Shown here: positions 54,254 through 63,404 of the stretch, one piece after another
How positions within the stretch are numbered: the stretch's first letter is position 1
How the letters are laid out: the number at the start of each line of letters is the position of its first letter
Source: a virus
IMG/VR virus record: IMGVR_UViG_3300047444_000783
Span: 32,001-96,000 of that record
Length of the DNA: 64,000 nt
Direction: 5' to 3' (one strand)
The notes under the pieces: model-generated
Databases searched by the model: none
What the model was told of the DNA's origin: nothing
What the model saw: only the letters and a program-made list of their open reading frames with translations
Translations under genes and position numbers: made by a program

Positions 54254-56218
54254 TCAAGACGGCTTTAACAGACTCATCGGGTTGTCCGACCCCTTCCCTT
54301 TATGGGCTGGCGGGCCGCCGGCTGGAGAGGCGCTCCCGGGTGGAGGCGGCAACTCCGGCATGCCACCGGGCGCGCCACCGCCGGTCAGTGCCTGCCCAGC
54401 CTGGGCGGCCATCAGCCGCTGCGCCTGCTTGTCCTGCTCCTGGTCGAGTTCCTTCTCGACGTTGTCGTACAGGCTTTCCATGTCCATTTCCTTGTACAGG
54501 GTCTTGCGACTCATGTCGCCAGTCCGGCGCAAGGCCATGGCAATCATCTGGTTGTTCTGCTGGTTGACGTTCAGCATCGTCCCACCACCACCGATATCGA
54601 AGAAGAAGTTTTGCGCGTGATCCTCGGCTCGTCGCCCGGTCGGTACCATCGTGCTCGTGTTTGCATCGAATACGTCCTGGGAGGTCACACCCGCGCGCCC
54701 GTACATCCACATACGTCGCGACAGCGTGTAGAACTGCATCTCGTTCGGCACCATCTGGTCGCCGATATCCCGGACGCCGATCTCCATGTACCGGCCGCGC
54801 AGTCTCATGATCGTCTGCTGGGTTTCCTTCAGCCCCTGTAGGGTGTCGCCCGCTGGCGTGACTTTCTTACGCGCCAACCCATTGACGTCCAGAAGCCCTG
54901 AATCGTCGTCCATTTCGTTCTGGGCGTACATCCCCATGTTCGAAACGTAGTTCGGGAGCATCGGCGGATTCTGCCATGCCGGCGGTGACGGTGACATCGG
55001 GTTGTATCCGATCTTCGCGTTCGGCATGTTCGGATCCAGCGCATTCTTGATCGCGTCGGAGAACGCGCTATCCGGGAACAGGAATGGCGGGTTCACCGCC
55101 TTTTTAATCATATCGAGGGTCCCGGCCAGGACGGTGTTGACGATGTCCTGAAGCGGGATCTTCGACCGCAACTCGGATATTCCATGGAACTGCCACGGTA
55201 CCGGCTTCAGCCGGAGCGCGACGAACGGGAATTTCCCATGCCAGAAGAAGTTCGGACCGTCATACAGCGGATAGAGTTCGGTCCCTCCGGTGATGATCAG
55301 CCGGCCGCGAGGATAGAGCGGGGCGCCGGGCTTCACTTCGTAGTACCAGTTGGTTCCGGGCGTCCCCATCTTCACGATGTTCTGGCTGGTGTTGATCGAA
55401 TAATCCTTGATCCAGAATTCTCGATACCATGCCTGAGCAACCGCAGACTCCCCGAATTCTCGAGGACTGCCGACCCACCGCTGCATCTGCGGGCTGAGCA
55501 TGTCGAAGTTCATGGCGCCCGCCTGGCGTGGCCGTTGGAACGGCTTCGCGTAACGGGAGAGCGAATCGTCTGGCTGGACGAACGAACCGGGGCCAGGGAA
55601 GTTCCGACGGAACCAACTGATGTTCCGGACAGACTCGTATATGCAGCCTTCCCAGTCCTGCAGGTTATGCGCCGGGCCGATCGGGATCAGATCGTACGGG
55701 CTGAGCGGGTAAAGCTGGAAGTCGCCACGGCCGCCACATAGCTGCTTGTTCCAGGCGATCCGCAGGTATCCGGTCGTCAAATAGGCGTAAATGACGGCCA
55801 TCGACAGTTGGAAGTCGATGTCGTTCTTCACCCACCAGGATTTCGTGATCTTTGTCAGGAGTTCGGCCTGGTCGTCCCACGTATCCTCGTGGGCCTTGAC
55901 CTCGTAGATCGGCCGGATATCCGTCAGGATCGCGACCGTCTGCTCCATCGAACGCAGGAGGCGGTTATTGACCGGGCTGGCTTTGTAACTCGGGCGCCGG
56001 TTCGGCCACTGGTCGCCCATCAGGTAGACGATATCCTGTGGCAGGTTCTGGATTTCCTTCGAATCGCGCATCCATGCCGACCCCTCATCGAGCGCCGCAC
56101 GTAGCCACGCGCGGCGCCGGGCCGACTGCTGATCGGCAGTCAGATTCGGGTTGAAGTCCAGGAACTCGTAAGGGTGACCTTGGGCGCTAGGACCCGCCCA
56201 CGATTGAACGGTTGACAG
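54254..56218 (-). CDS. Portal protein (P22-like); probable CTG start at 56218 (track start 56071)
   Basis: YLMGDQW, NRL, GKFPFV, IPLQD.VN motifs; the open frame extends upstream through ARRRAWLRAALDEG to GGAGG-CCTT-CTG. Confidence 0.85.
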   Translation of the reverse strand: MSTVQSWAGPSAQGHPYEFLDFNPNLTADQQSARRRAWLRAALDEGSAWMRDSKEIQNLPQDIVYLMGDQWPNRRPSYKASPVNNRLLRSMEQTVAILTDIRPIYEVKAHEDTWDDQAELLTKITKSWWVKNDIDFQLSMAVIYAYLTTGYLRIAWNKQLCGGRGDFQLYPLSPYDLIPIGPAHNLQDWEGCIYESVRNISWFRRNFPGPGSFVQPDDSLSRYAKPFQRPRQAGAMNFDMLSPQMQRWVGSPREFGESAVAQAWYREFWIKDYSINTSQNIVKMGTPGTNWYYEVKPGAPLYPRGRLIITGGTELYPLYDGPNFFWHGKFPFVALRLKPVPWQFHGISELRSKIPLQDIVNTVLAGTLDMIKKAVNPPFLFPDSAFSDAIKNALDPNMPNAKIGYNPMSPSPPAWQNPPMLPNYVSNMGMYAQNEMDDDSGLLDVNGLARKKVTPAGDTLQGLKETQQTIMRLRGRYMEIGVRDIGDQMVPNEMQFYTLSRRMWMYGRAGVTSQDVFDANTSTMVPTGRRAEDHAQNFFFDIGGGGTMLNVNQQNNQMIAMALRRTGDMSRKTLYKEMDMESLYDNVEKELDQEQDKQAQRLMAAQAGQALTGGGAPGGMPELPPPPGSASPAGGPPAHKGKGSDNPMSLLKPS

Positions 56219-56549
56219 AAGGCCTCCGCGCCGGCTCGTCCGACAGGATGATTCGTTTTGCGACGTACGGTCGCGTGACTTCGATCAGCCGCCGGCAGAT
56301 CCGGCAGCGGAACGGGATTCGATCTTCGCCCGGTGTATGGTAATTTTCGGCCTCGTACATCGATTGCCGATTCCGATGGCCACACTTGGGGCTGGGGCAG
56401 ACGAATACGATGTAATCGGTGCCCGTGTCCTTCTTCTCCATCGCCCGCAGTTTGGACGGGTCGTCCTCGACCGGCACCCACCGCCGCATCGTCCCGCCGC
56501 CCTTGTTCACGATCTTTAGCGCGGTCGTCCGCAGAATGATCTCGCTCAT
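56187..56549 (-). CDS. Zn-ribbon protein (120 aa)
   Basis: CPSPKC and CRIC; SD GGAGG. Confidence 0.7.
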   Translation of the reverse strand: MSEIILRTTALKIVNKGGGTMRRWVPVEDDPSKLRAMEKKDTGTDYIVFVCPSPKCGHRNRQSMYEAENYHTPGEDRIPFRCRICRRLIEVTRPYVAKRIILSDEPARRPSVNRSIVGGS

Positions 56550-56893
56550 CGGCGGCCTCCCATGTCAAAGACCTTGCCGATCTTAGGCGTCTTCTTTCGG
56601 ATCTCGCCGCCGACGGCCTCGAGGTCGGGGTCATCATAGTCATGACGTACCCCGTACTCGCGAGCGATGAACTCCAGGTCTCCCTTTGAGGCTATTTTCA
56701 TCGGCTGCCCATCCGGGCGCACGTGCCGGGTTTCGAACGCTTCGAATACCTTGACGGAGATTTTCAGTCCTCCGAGTACCCGGAACATCTTCGCTCCACA
56801 GCACGACGGATCGTCGTCATGATTCTGCGAGGAGCAGACGGTGTTTGGCTGGATGGCCCCGCATGTTTCACATTCAAAATCGTGGATTATCAT
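56546..56893 (-). CDS. FmdB-like zinc-ribbon protein (115 aa)
   Basis: MIIHDFECETCG...CCGAKM.RV; ATGA coupling. Confidence 0.7.
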   Translation of the reverse strand: MIIHDFECETCGAIQPNTVCSSQNHDDDPSCCGAKMFRVLGGLKISVKVFEAFETRHVRPDGQPMKIASKGDLEFIAREYGVRHDYDDPDLEAVGGEIRKKTPKIGKVFDMGGRR

Positions 56894-57483
56894 GCGCGTT
56901 GCGGCGCCCTGTTGAAGTACGTTTCGATGTAGGCAGAGAATTCTTCCTGACACCATTCCTGCACGGTCTTGTCCGAGTACTCCGCGGCCTCGGCAAGGCC
57001 GCCCTCGAGCGCCCATTCCGGCAGGTCGATGACAACCTGCGTACCAGTCGGCTGGACGCCGCCCGGGCGCAGCGGCGCGCGCGAGCGAACGGTCGCGATC
57101 TGTGCGCGTAACGAACGGATTTCCGCTTCCTTGTCTTTGTTGTCCGTCACGTACGCGAAGATTGCCCCCTTCAGGTCCGGGCCGCCGGTAAGCACGGTCC
57201 CCGTGATTTCCTCGATCGCCTTCTTGGTCTCCGGGTCGATCACGATGTTCATGGCGGCGCGGGCAGCCGGATCCATCACGACCGGCGCATCAGGCGCCTT
57301 ATAGAAGTTCGGGTATTTCGTTCGCGCCTGTGCGCGCAACATGTTGAGTTCTTCCGTATCCTCAAACTTGTGGCCGGCGCGACAGTTCGTGAAGAACTGC
57401 CCCGGACGGTCCATCAACGGGTTGACTACCCCGTTATTCAGACAGATCGGGCACGGGTCTTTTGTTGTGATATCGGTCGACAT
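56890..57483 (-). CDS. Hypothetical protein with N-terminal Zn finger (197 aa)
   Basis: CPIC...C..GH; SD AGGAG. Confidence 0.75.
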   Translation of the reverse strand: MSTDITTKDPCPICLNNGVVNPLMDRPGQFFTNCRAGHKFEDTEELNMLRAQARTKYPNFYKAPDAPVVMDPAARAAMNIVIDPETKKAIEEITGTVLTGGPDLKGAIFAYVTDNKDKEAEIRSLRAQIATVRSRAPLRPGGVQPTGTQVVIDLPEWALEGGLAEAAEYSDKTVQEWCQEEFSAYIETYFNRAPQRA

Positions 57484-57492
57484 GTCTCTCTC

Positions 57493-58110
57493 CTATTCTG
57501 ATTTGGCCGTCAAGGGCAGGTCGGAGAATTCAAGGAAGACGACCGGCGGTTTGAATTTCCGGCCGATGTATTTGCACTGAACGCCTCCCAGTTGCGGAGA
57601 GGTCGCGAACGGATGCTCGTACCGGCCGCCCTTCATTCCGGTCAGGGACGGGCTGTCCAGGCGTAGCCCGCAGGCGGGGCAATTGAAGACACCGCCGACC
57701 ATCTGGAGACTCAGCCCGCGGTCGCTGATTTCCGAGCGGATCTGGTCGCGGACGTGCGCGATCTCGGCGATCATCTCAGCGCGGAGCGCGGAATCCATCT
57801 CCTTCGCAGTTCCAACTGCAAGGCCAACTGCAGCGTCTGCGTTGAAAGTTACGCCGTCGCCGACATACGAAACGCCTTCGTCCAGGCCAAGCCCCATTGC
57901 CGACATTTTCGCCATGTTCTCCTGGCTGGTCGGAACCTCAATGTCGGGCTTCGCTCCGGCGATGAACTTACGGGCGCCCGTCTCGTCCTGAACCCATTGG
58001 CCATCTTTCTCCTCCGGCAATTCGGTCCCCGGCAGTATCATCTCGGCGACTGGCGGGCCTCCCGCGGTCCCGCCTTCCTGACTGTGCTTCTCGTGATCTT
58101 TCTTCGGCAT
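57493..58110 (-). CDS. Hypothetical protein (205 aa)
   Basis: SD AAGGAG; CPAC...H...C. Confidence 0.75.
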   Translation of the reverse strand: MPKKDHEKHSQEGGTAGGPPVAEMILPGTELPEEKDGQWVQDETGARKFIAGAKPDIEVPTSQENMAKMSAMGLGLDEGVSYVGDGVTFNADAAVGLAVGTAKEMDSALRAEMIAEIAHVRDQIRSEISDRGLSLQMVGGVFNCPACGLRLDSPSLTGMKGGRYEHPFATSPQLGGVQCKYIGRKFKPPVVFLEFSDLPLTAKSE

Positions 58111-58119
58111 GGTCTCTCC

Positions 58120-60117
58120 TTAAAGGTGGTTGTATTCCGGAGTTCCGGAATTCTCCTGTTTGTCAAATAGTGAAAAGTCGGTGTTGTGGGCGCCGCGGCC
58201 GTCATCCGGGAGCGGCGCCTCGTCGAGCATCGTGAACAGGCGTGGATCGAGTTCCATCAGGCAGTAGCAGCAGATCATCGCGCCAAACAGCGCGTCGTCG
58301 TGCTCACCGCCTGCCGCCTCGAAACGGTCTGTCTGGTCCGGGTTTTCGTTGATGAATGCCTGGCATTCAGAATGGAGTCGAGAACTCCGGATCTCTACCG
58401 AATCGTCGATCAGGAGCGTGCGGAAGCGCGTGATCAGATCGTTCCGCGCTTTCTCGGTACCCGTGTCCCATCCCCAGAAGTTCGTAAACCGCGACTTCGC
58501 AGTCTTATCCTGCCGGCGCCACCGGTAGACCTTCGGGTACCGATGCACATGCAGGATGTTTCCGATGTGCTCGGTCATGTTGTTCGACTCGGGCGAAATC
58601 TCGCACGTGTTGTACATGTGCCCGAGCGCACAGACCATCTGAGCCAATTCCTTCGGGTTCGCGTACCCGCGGTACTCGACGCACTGGCGGATCCGTTCGC
58701 CCTTACGGCGGGGGACCCGAAAGAACTGGGCTGCCGAGAAGTCCAGTCCGGGAATACCCTTCGCCGGGTCGGATGCCCCGTAATAGATCTCCTTGGTTGT
58801 CGGCCATTCCCAGATCCAGAGCGGTGCCTGGTTGAGCATGCTCAACTGCTCGTTCGTCAACGGGCCGGTCGCGCTCGCGCTACGGGCGAAGTACCGGACG
58901 AGTAGTGGCTTATCTTCCTTGAAAATCAACTCGCCGGCCCATATCGGGTACCGGACGTCCCGGACTTCGATCTGCGCCAGTTTCTTTAACGGGAACGCCG
59001 GAATGCCCTTAGAGCGGAACGCCGATCGCGCAAACGACGGGTATTCCTGTTCAACCTTCTCGGCATCTCCTTCGGTCGCTTCGAACTGCTCGGCCTGCTC
59101 TCTCCGCCAGGCCATCTGTTCCTTCGAGATTTCGAACGCATATTGATCGCGGACCTTCGAGGCCAACTCGGTTTCTTCTTTGGTGAAGTAGAACTGCGAC
59201 TTCTCGACCTCCGAAGTGAACGGCTTCGAGTACGTCTTTTCCTTCCACCATCCGGCGAATACCGGTTTGAACTGCCCGCGCCCGCGCATGGCCGCATCCC
59301 ACATCTTGAGGAACGCGTACTTTTCGCCCGACCCCTTGGCTGTCCCCTCGACCACACAGATGACGTACGGGTTCTTCTTTGGCAGCGACGGCAGGATGTC
59401 CGACGTCAGAATCTCCGGGTGTGTCCAGAGACCGAACTCGGTCGCGTGCACGTTGTGGAGGGTGAAACCTCGAGAGGAACCGCTCGGCTTGTTCGCCGCG
59501 TCGACGAAGAATGCGCTATTCAGACCGGGGTTGCGCATCTGCTCTTCTTTGTCCTTGCGGTTGAATCGAAGGATACCGTCCCCGTGGTTATTGACCTCGA
59601 TCTCCGGGCGCATCCACCACGGCAAAAAGCTGTAGGCGAGCACGCTCATATTGAAGATCTGTTTGGAGCGCTTCATCTCGTCGGCGATCACGAGCGAGTT
59701 CGTCAGACGGTTACATGTCGTTTCCTGGAATAGCGCGCCCTGAACGAGCGTCGACCAGCGGATCTGGCGGGCCTTCAGCAGGAGGAACCACGGCGGAAGT
59801 CCGGCTTCCCAGGCGGCAACGAATTCGGCCCACAGGATCTCCTGGGTTTCGGTGAACGGGCTGACGGTCTGCAGGCGGGGCGCCTGCCAATCCTCACCCT
59901 TCGTGTTGATGACGAAGTAGTTTTCGAGGTAGTAGCGCTTGCACTGGTGGGTCCGGCCGGTCGCGCGCGCGAGTTCGATCTGGATCGCGCCGATCTCCTT
60001 CTCGGACAGCCGGGCGAGCGTCGCCCGTCGGTCGCCCTTGTTCTCGGCAAGACGGGCGTCCAGGAGTTCGATCAGATCCGAAACGTATGCGTCTCGGCGT
60101 GGGATCCGCTGTGCTAT
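58120..60117 (-). CDS. terL: Terminase large subunit; non-canonical (ATA/ACG) start, ~665 aa
   Basis: Walker A-like LLKARQIRWST lies upstream of the track start (59691); RGFT...HATE Walker B, VEGTA, ASDPAKG..DFS, HDD. The frame is open to TGA at 60151-60153 with no ATG/GTG/TTG. Confidence 0.9.
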   Translation of the reverse strand: MAQRIPRRDAYVSDLIELLDARLAENKGDRRATLARLSEKEIGAIQIELARATGRTHQCKRYYLENYFVINTKGEDWQAPRLQTVSPFTETQEILWAEFVAAWEAGLPPWFLLLKARQIRWSTLVQGALFQETTCNRLTNSLVIADEMKRSKQIFNMSVLAYSFLPWWMRPEIEVNNHGDGILRFNRKDKEEQMRNPGLNSAFFVDAANKPSGSSRGFTLHNVHATEFGLWTHPEILTSDILPSLPKKNPYVICVVEGTAKGSGEKYAFLKMWDAAMRGRGQFKPVFAGWWKEKTYSKPFTSEVEKSQFYFTKEETELASKVRDQYAFEISKEQMAWRREQAEQFEATEGDAEKVEQEYPSFARSAFRSKGIPAFPLKKLAQIEVRDVRYPIWAGELIFKEDKPLLVRYFARSASATGPLTNEQLSMLNQAPLWIWEWPTTKEIYYGASDPAKGIPGLDFSAAQFFRVPRRKGERIRQCVEYRGYANPKELAQMVCALGHMYNTCEISPESNNMTEHIGNILHVHRYPKVYRWRRQDKTAKSRFTNFWGWDTGTEKARNDLITRFRTLLIDDSVEIRSSRLHSECQAFINENPDQTDRFEAAGGEHDDALFGAMICCYCLMELDPRLFTMLDEAPLPDDGRGAHNTDFSLFDKQENSGTPEYNHL

Positions 60118-60177
60118 CGTTCCGCCCTTTAGGGGGGAAGGTCTTACATATCAGCCGGCGGCAACCGGCGTACGAAG

Positions 60178-60627
60178 CTATTGGGCTTCCAGGCGGTCAA
60201 TCAATGCGTACATTCTAAACAAGCCTTCTTCGAAGTGCTGCTCTCGCTCTGACTCTGGCGTCAACTCTGTCACGAGCATTTCCTCGCCGATATCAAACAT
60301 TTGACCGCGCTGGTACTCACAGTCAAACTTGGCTAGTGCCCCGACCATGACAGCCGCGTGACGTTCATTAGGTGCACGACGATCTTTGGCGGCAAGCCAT
60401 TGGGCGACCAGTCTTTCGGGGCGGTTATCTGGATAGACGCATGTCCAGTGGCTGTCGCCGGCCGCGAAATTACGAAATACGAAATCGCCAGTATGGATCT
60501 CGCGGTTGCATGTATGGCACGGATCACCATCAAACCCAGCCTCGATCTTGACCTTTTGACCCTTCCAGCCCGTCCACTTCCAGATCTCCCAACCTCGATA
60601 GATAATCGGCAGCGCTGGCGTGCTCAT
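60178..60627 (-). CDS. Hypothetical protein (149 aa)
   Basis: SD GGAGG; WTGWK, C..C...H..C. Confidence 0.7.
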   Translation of the reverse strand: MSTPALPIIYRGWEIWKWTGWKGQKVKIEAGFDGDPCHTCNREIHTGDFVFRNFAAGDSHWTCVYPDNRPERLVAQWLAAKDRRAPNERHAAVMVGALAKFDCEYQRGQMFDIGEEMLVTELTPESEREQHFEEGLFRMYALIDRLEAQ

Positions 60628-61145
60628 TCGGTCCTCCCGCGTTCTTTCAGGATCGTCTTCAGGCCGATCTCCTTCGCCATCGTCTCGAGGTCCATCGTAT
60701 CGGTATCGGTTAGAAATCCTTGTTTCTTCAGCAGTTCAAACTGCTCGCGCATATAGAGCGCCTCGTCACTGTTCGGGATGAACGAACCGCCGGTCGCAGT
60801 CAGCGGCGTCTGCGGATTCACCGGGAGCGCCGGCATCAGCCCGGGCATTGTCCCGGCGACCGACCGCCGCTCGATCTGAACGACCCGCACGATCAGCACT
60901 CCGCACACGTAGAGGAAGGCGGTGGCGACCAGCAGGAATATCGTGGCGACGAAGATCAGGAGCAGGGCCGAGAATGGCGCGCTCGGGACCGGCGATAGCC
61001 TGAGCACCCAATAGCGCTCGACCGGGGGGAAGGTTAGAACGATGATCAGTGCAAGCATCGCCAGGCGCACATACGGCCAGACGGCTCGACCAGTCCCCCA
61101 GACAACCGATCCCACGCGCGCGCCAGCTAACCAGAATTTATTCAA
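60624..61145 (-). CDS. Membrane protein (173 aa)
   Basis: Two hydrophobic segments; coupled ORF. Confidence 0.65.
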   Translation of the reverse strand: MNKFWLAGARVGSVVWGTGRAVWPYVRLAMLALIIVLTFPPVERYWVLRLSPVPSAPFSALLLIFVATIFLLVATAFLYVCGVLIVRVVQIERRSVAGTMPGLMPALPVNPQTPLTATGGSFIPNSDEALYMREQFELLKKQGFLTDTDTMDLETMAKEIGLKTILKERGRTE

Positions 61146-61341
61146 TGAAACCCCTTAGATGACAGTTCCGTATCTCTACGCCAACAACGCCAGCAGGAAC
61201 CACGATCATCGGAGAATGCTTAAAAATAAAGCGGCCTCGCGTCGATCCGGTGCGTTCAATTCTCACGCCGTCCAATATCTGTCCGTCGCTCATCACGTAA
61301 GATGGCGGGTCTGTAACATGCTGATATTTAACATCTGCCAT
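61138..61341 (-). CDS. Hypothetical protein (67 aa)
   Basis: TGATG coupling, SD AGGAG. Confidence 0.55.
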   Translation of the reverse strand: MADVKYQHVTDPPSYVMSDGQILDGVRIERTGSTRGRFIFKHSPMIVVPAGVVGVEIRNCHLRGFIE

Positions 61342-61946
61342 CAAAACATCTCCTCGTTTTCTTCCGTGACTTCCGTCGCCTGGGTTTCGATGATCTGACG
61401 AGAGGCCGGAATCGGGGCACCGCGCTGGCGCTCGTGAATCCGGTCGATCATATCCTCGTACGTCAGTTCGCCCGCTCGAGACCCGTCGTTGTTATTGATC
61501 TGCGTATTCATGTTGATCGCCACCTGCGTGCTTGCCGGCTTCTCGTTCAGCCCCAGGATCTTACTCGCCGCCTCGATTCCCATCGCAAGGGTTTCCGGGT
61601 CGATGATCTTTTCCGTGTGGATCTCGCCCGTCTTTGGGTCGATTCCGACGACAATCTTTTCGCCAGTCAGTAGCGCATCAATGGCTTCCTCGAGTTGGTT
61701 CTTGTCGAGTTTCTTGCGCAGCCGCTTTCTCAGCTTCTCGTTCTCGAGCGCGCTTTCAAACCGCGCGTCCCGCAACGCCATTTGCTGCTCGACCTCGCAG
61801 ATCGCGCGACCCCGCTTGACGCTCTCCTGGACGACCGCTGGCGTCACCTGGTCGATCGTCGCAACCTCAACGATCGTCATCTCGTGATCGCGCACCATCT
61901 TGTACCGGCGCACGTCCACCGACGCCTCGTCGATCTTGGCCGGCAA
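61341..61946 (-). CDS. Probable terminase small subunit
   Basis: N-terminal HTH-like segment, helical oligomerisation region, SKILGL...VAINMNTQINN tail; upstream of terL. Confidence 0.55.
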   Translation of the reverse strand: MPAKIDEASVDVRRYKMVRDHEMTIVEVATIDQVTPAVVQESVKRGRAICEVEQQMALRDARFESALENEKLRKRLRKKLDKNQLEEAIDALLTGEKIVVGIDPKTGEIHTEKIIDPETLAMGIEAASKILGLNEKPASTQVAINMNTQINNNDGSRAGELTYEDMIDRIHERQRGAPIPASRQIIETQATEVTEENEEMF

Positions 61947-61982
61947 GTTAGTCTCGTCTTTTCGCCGCGTACCCCACTCCTA

Positions 61983-62390
61983 TTACAACTTGGAGTTCTT
62001 CTTTAACTGTACATGGTACGCCAGTTCGATGAACCGACGTATTGAATCGGGAGACCGATCCTTAAGCCGCCTCGACTGCAGGTACGACCTAACCTGCACG
62101 ACGCTAACGCCAATCAGCCGGGCCGTCAACTCGACAGGTAACTCCTGATCGACTGACGTTATGAAAGCCCTTAGCCGGCCTGATCTACGCCGGCGTTCGG
62201 CAATGAACGTGTCGAGGTCGGAGACTTTAAACCGGACGGTACACCCCATCTTGACGTACGGCAGGTACCCGCGGCGCTGCCAATTCTTGACCGCGTGGAA
62301 CGTCACGTCCATATAGGCCGCCGCATGATGGACATCGAACAGGCGGGAGTCCATCATGACGATCTCCTCGAGAGACCCCTTCTCGATCAT
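61983..62390 (-). CDS. Excisionase/MerR-like HTH DNA-binding protein
   Basis: LFDVHHAAAYMDV...VKNW...G.LPYVKMG..VRF...DLD.FI. Confidence 0.8.
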   Translation of the reverse strand: MIEKGSLEEIVMMDSRLFDVHHAAAYMDVTFHAVKNWQRRGYLPYVKMGCTVRFKVSDLDTFIAERRRRSGRLRAFITSVDQELPVELTARLIGVSVVQVRSYLQSRRLKDRSPDSIRRFIELAYHVQLKKNSKL

Positions 62391-62647
62391 GCACGCTTCG
62401 CCGGCTGCTGCGCCATCTCAACCCGGATCTTCCGGCCGAGCACGGGACAATCCCGCATCTGCTCGATCGCTTTATCCGCGTCCACCCCGTCCTTCAGGGT
62501 GACGAAGCCGAAGCCGCGGGATACCGATTCCTCGTCCCGCATGATCTTGACGGCCGCGACCCCGAAGCCGTCCGATTCAAACGCGGCCTTGAGGTTGTCC
62601 TCTGTCGCGTCGTAATTAATATTTCCGATAAACAACTGCTTTCCCAC
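62387..62647 (-). CDS. RRM (RNP-1/RNP-2) RNA-binding protein (86 aa)
   Basis: RNP2 LFIGNI, RNP1 RGFGFVTL, A..AI..M....V.GRKIRVE.A; SD AGGAGG. Confidence 0.93.
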   Translation of the reverse strand: MGKQLFIGNINYDATEDNLKAAFESDGFGVAAVKIMRDEESVSRGFGFVTLKDGVDADKAIEQMRDCPVLGRKIRVEMAQQPAKRA

Positions 62648-62655
62648 TGGTCCTC

Positions 62656-62925
62656 CTAAGTTTTCTCAACCTTGTCTTCCCGTACCCGCTTGATATCCTT
62701 GAACGCGTTCAGGATCAGCCTCAACTCGCCCGTACCCGAATAATCTTCGATGTCGGCCAGCAAGACCGTGATCTGCTCGACGATCAGCCGCCCGGCGATC
62801 ACCCATTTCTGGACCTCGGATTCGTTCGCTGCGTTCGTCTTCGCCCAGGTCTCGCGCATCGCCTGGTACATGCGCATCAGTTGTAGCAGCCTGCCTTCGA
62901 ACTCCTGATCGTCCTTAATGGCCAT
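62656..62925 (-). CDS. Hypothetical helical protein (89 aa)
   Basis: ATG 62925 downstream of a promoter-like element; the track's GTG start lies within that promoter. Confidence 0.65.
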   Translation of the reverse strand: MAIKDDQEFEGRLLQLMRMYQAMRETWAKTNAANESEVQKWVIAGRLIVEQITVLLADIEDYSGTGELRLILNAFKDIKRVREDKVEKT

Positions 62926-62940
62926 GTCCGTTAGGTTTAT

Positions 62941-63000
62941 AGAATACTTCGGCCTAAATTGCACTTGAAATAATTAAACTTAGCGCGTATCGTGCTCGCC
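62941..63000. promoter_or_regulatory. Back-to-back sigma70-type promoters
   Basis: + strand: TTGAAA (62965)-17 nt-TATCGT (62988)-7 nt-ATG 63001 (leaderless). - strand: TTCAAG-17 nt-TATTCT. Confidence 0.6.
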
Positions 63001-63204
63001 ATGTCTGTCAAATACGACGAACCGAAAGCCGGCCAATGGGTACAGCCGGTGAGGAAGGGCTACAAGTTGTCCTGCTGCGATTGCGGACTCGTCCACCGTA
63101 TGGATTTCAGAATCCACGAGGGGCGCATCCAATTCCGCGTATTCCGGCACAATCGCGCGACCGGACAAATGCGTCGGCACATGAGGAAGAGGGGCGGGTT
63201 ATGA
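63001..63204 (+). CDS. Small phage Cys-motif protein (67 aa)
   Basis: W.QP...Y...CCDCGLVH...FR...R.NRAT pattern. Confidence 0.75.
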   Translation: MSVKYDEPKAGQWVQPVRKGYKLSCCDCGLVHRMDFRIHEGRIQFRVFRHNRATGQMRRHMRKRGGL

Positions 63205-63404
63205 GCGCAGAATTTAAGCCGACGAAGAAATATCAGATCTGGTACTACACCGGCGAAGGGTATTCGTTCGAGGAATTCGACACCCAGGAAGAGGTCGCCC
63301 GATATCTCGAAAGTGGCGTTACGTTTGGCCGATGGTTCGCCACGAGACTCCAGGAGTTCGACGTCTATCTCCGTGATTGGGTTCCACCGAAGGCGGCCGA
63401 GTGA
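63201..63404 (+). CDS. Hypothetical protein (67 aa)
   Basis: ATGA coupling, GAGGGG upstream. Confidence 0.65.
   Translation: MSAEFKPTKKYQIWYYTGEGYSFEEFDTQEEVARYLESGVTFGRWFATRLQEFDVYLRDWVPPKAAE

Noticed and set aside
59692-60180. Stop-codon reassignment, intron or frameshift as the explanation for the short terL call
   Set aside because: The frame is continuous with no internal stop, and TAA, TAG and TGA all end genes normally elsewhere; only a canonical start is missing.
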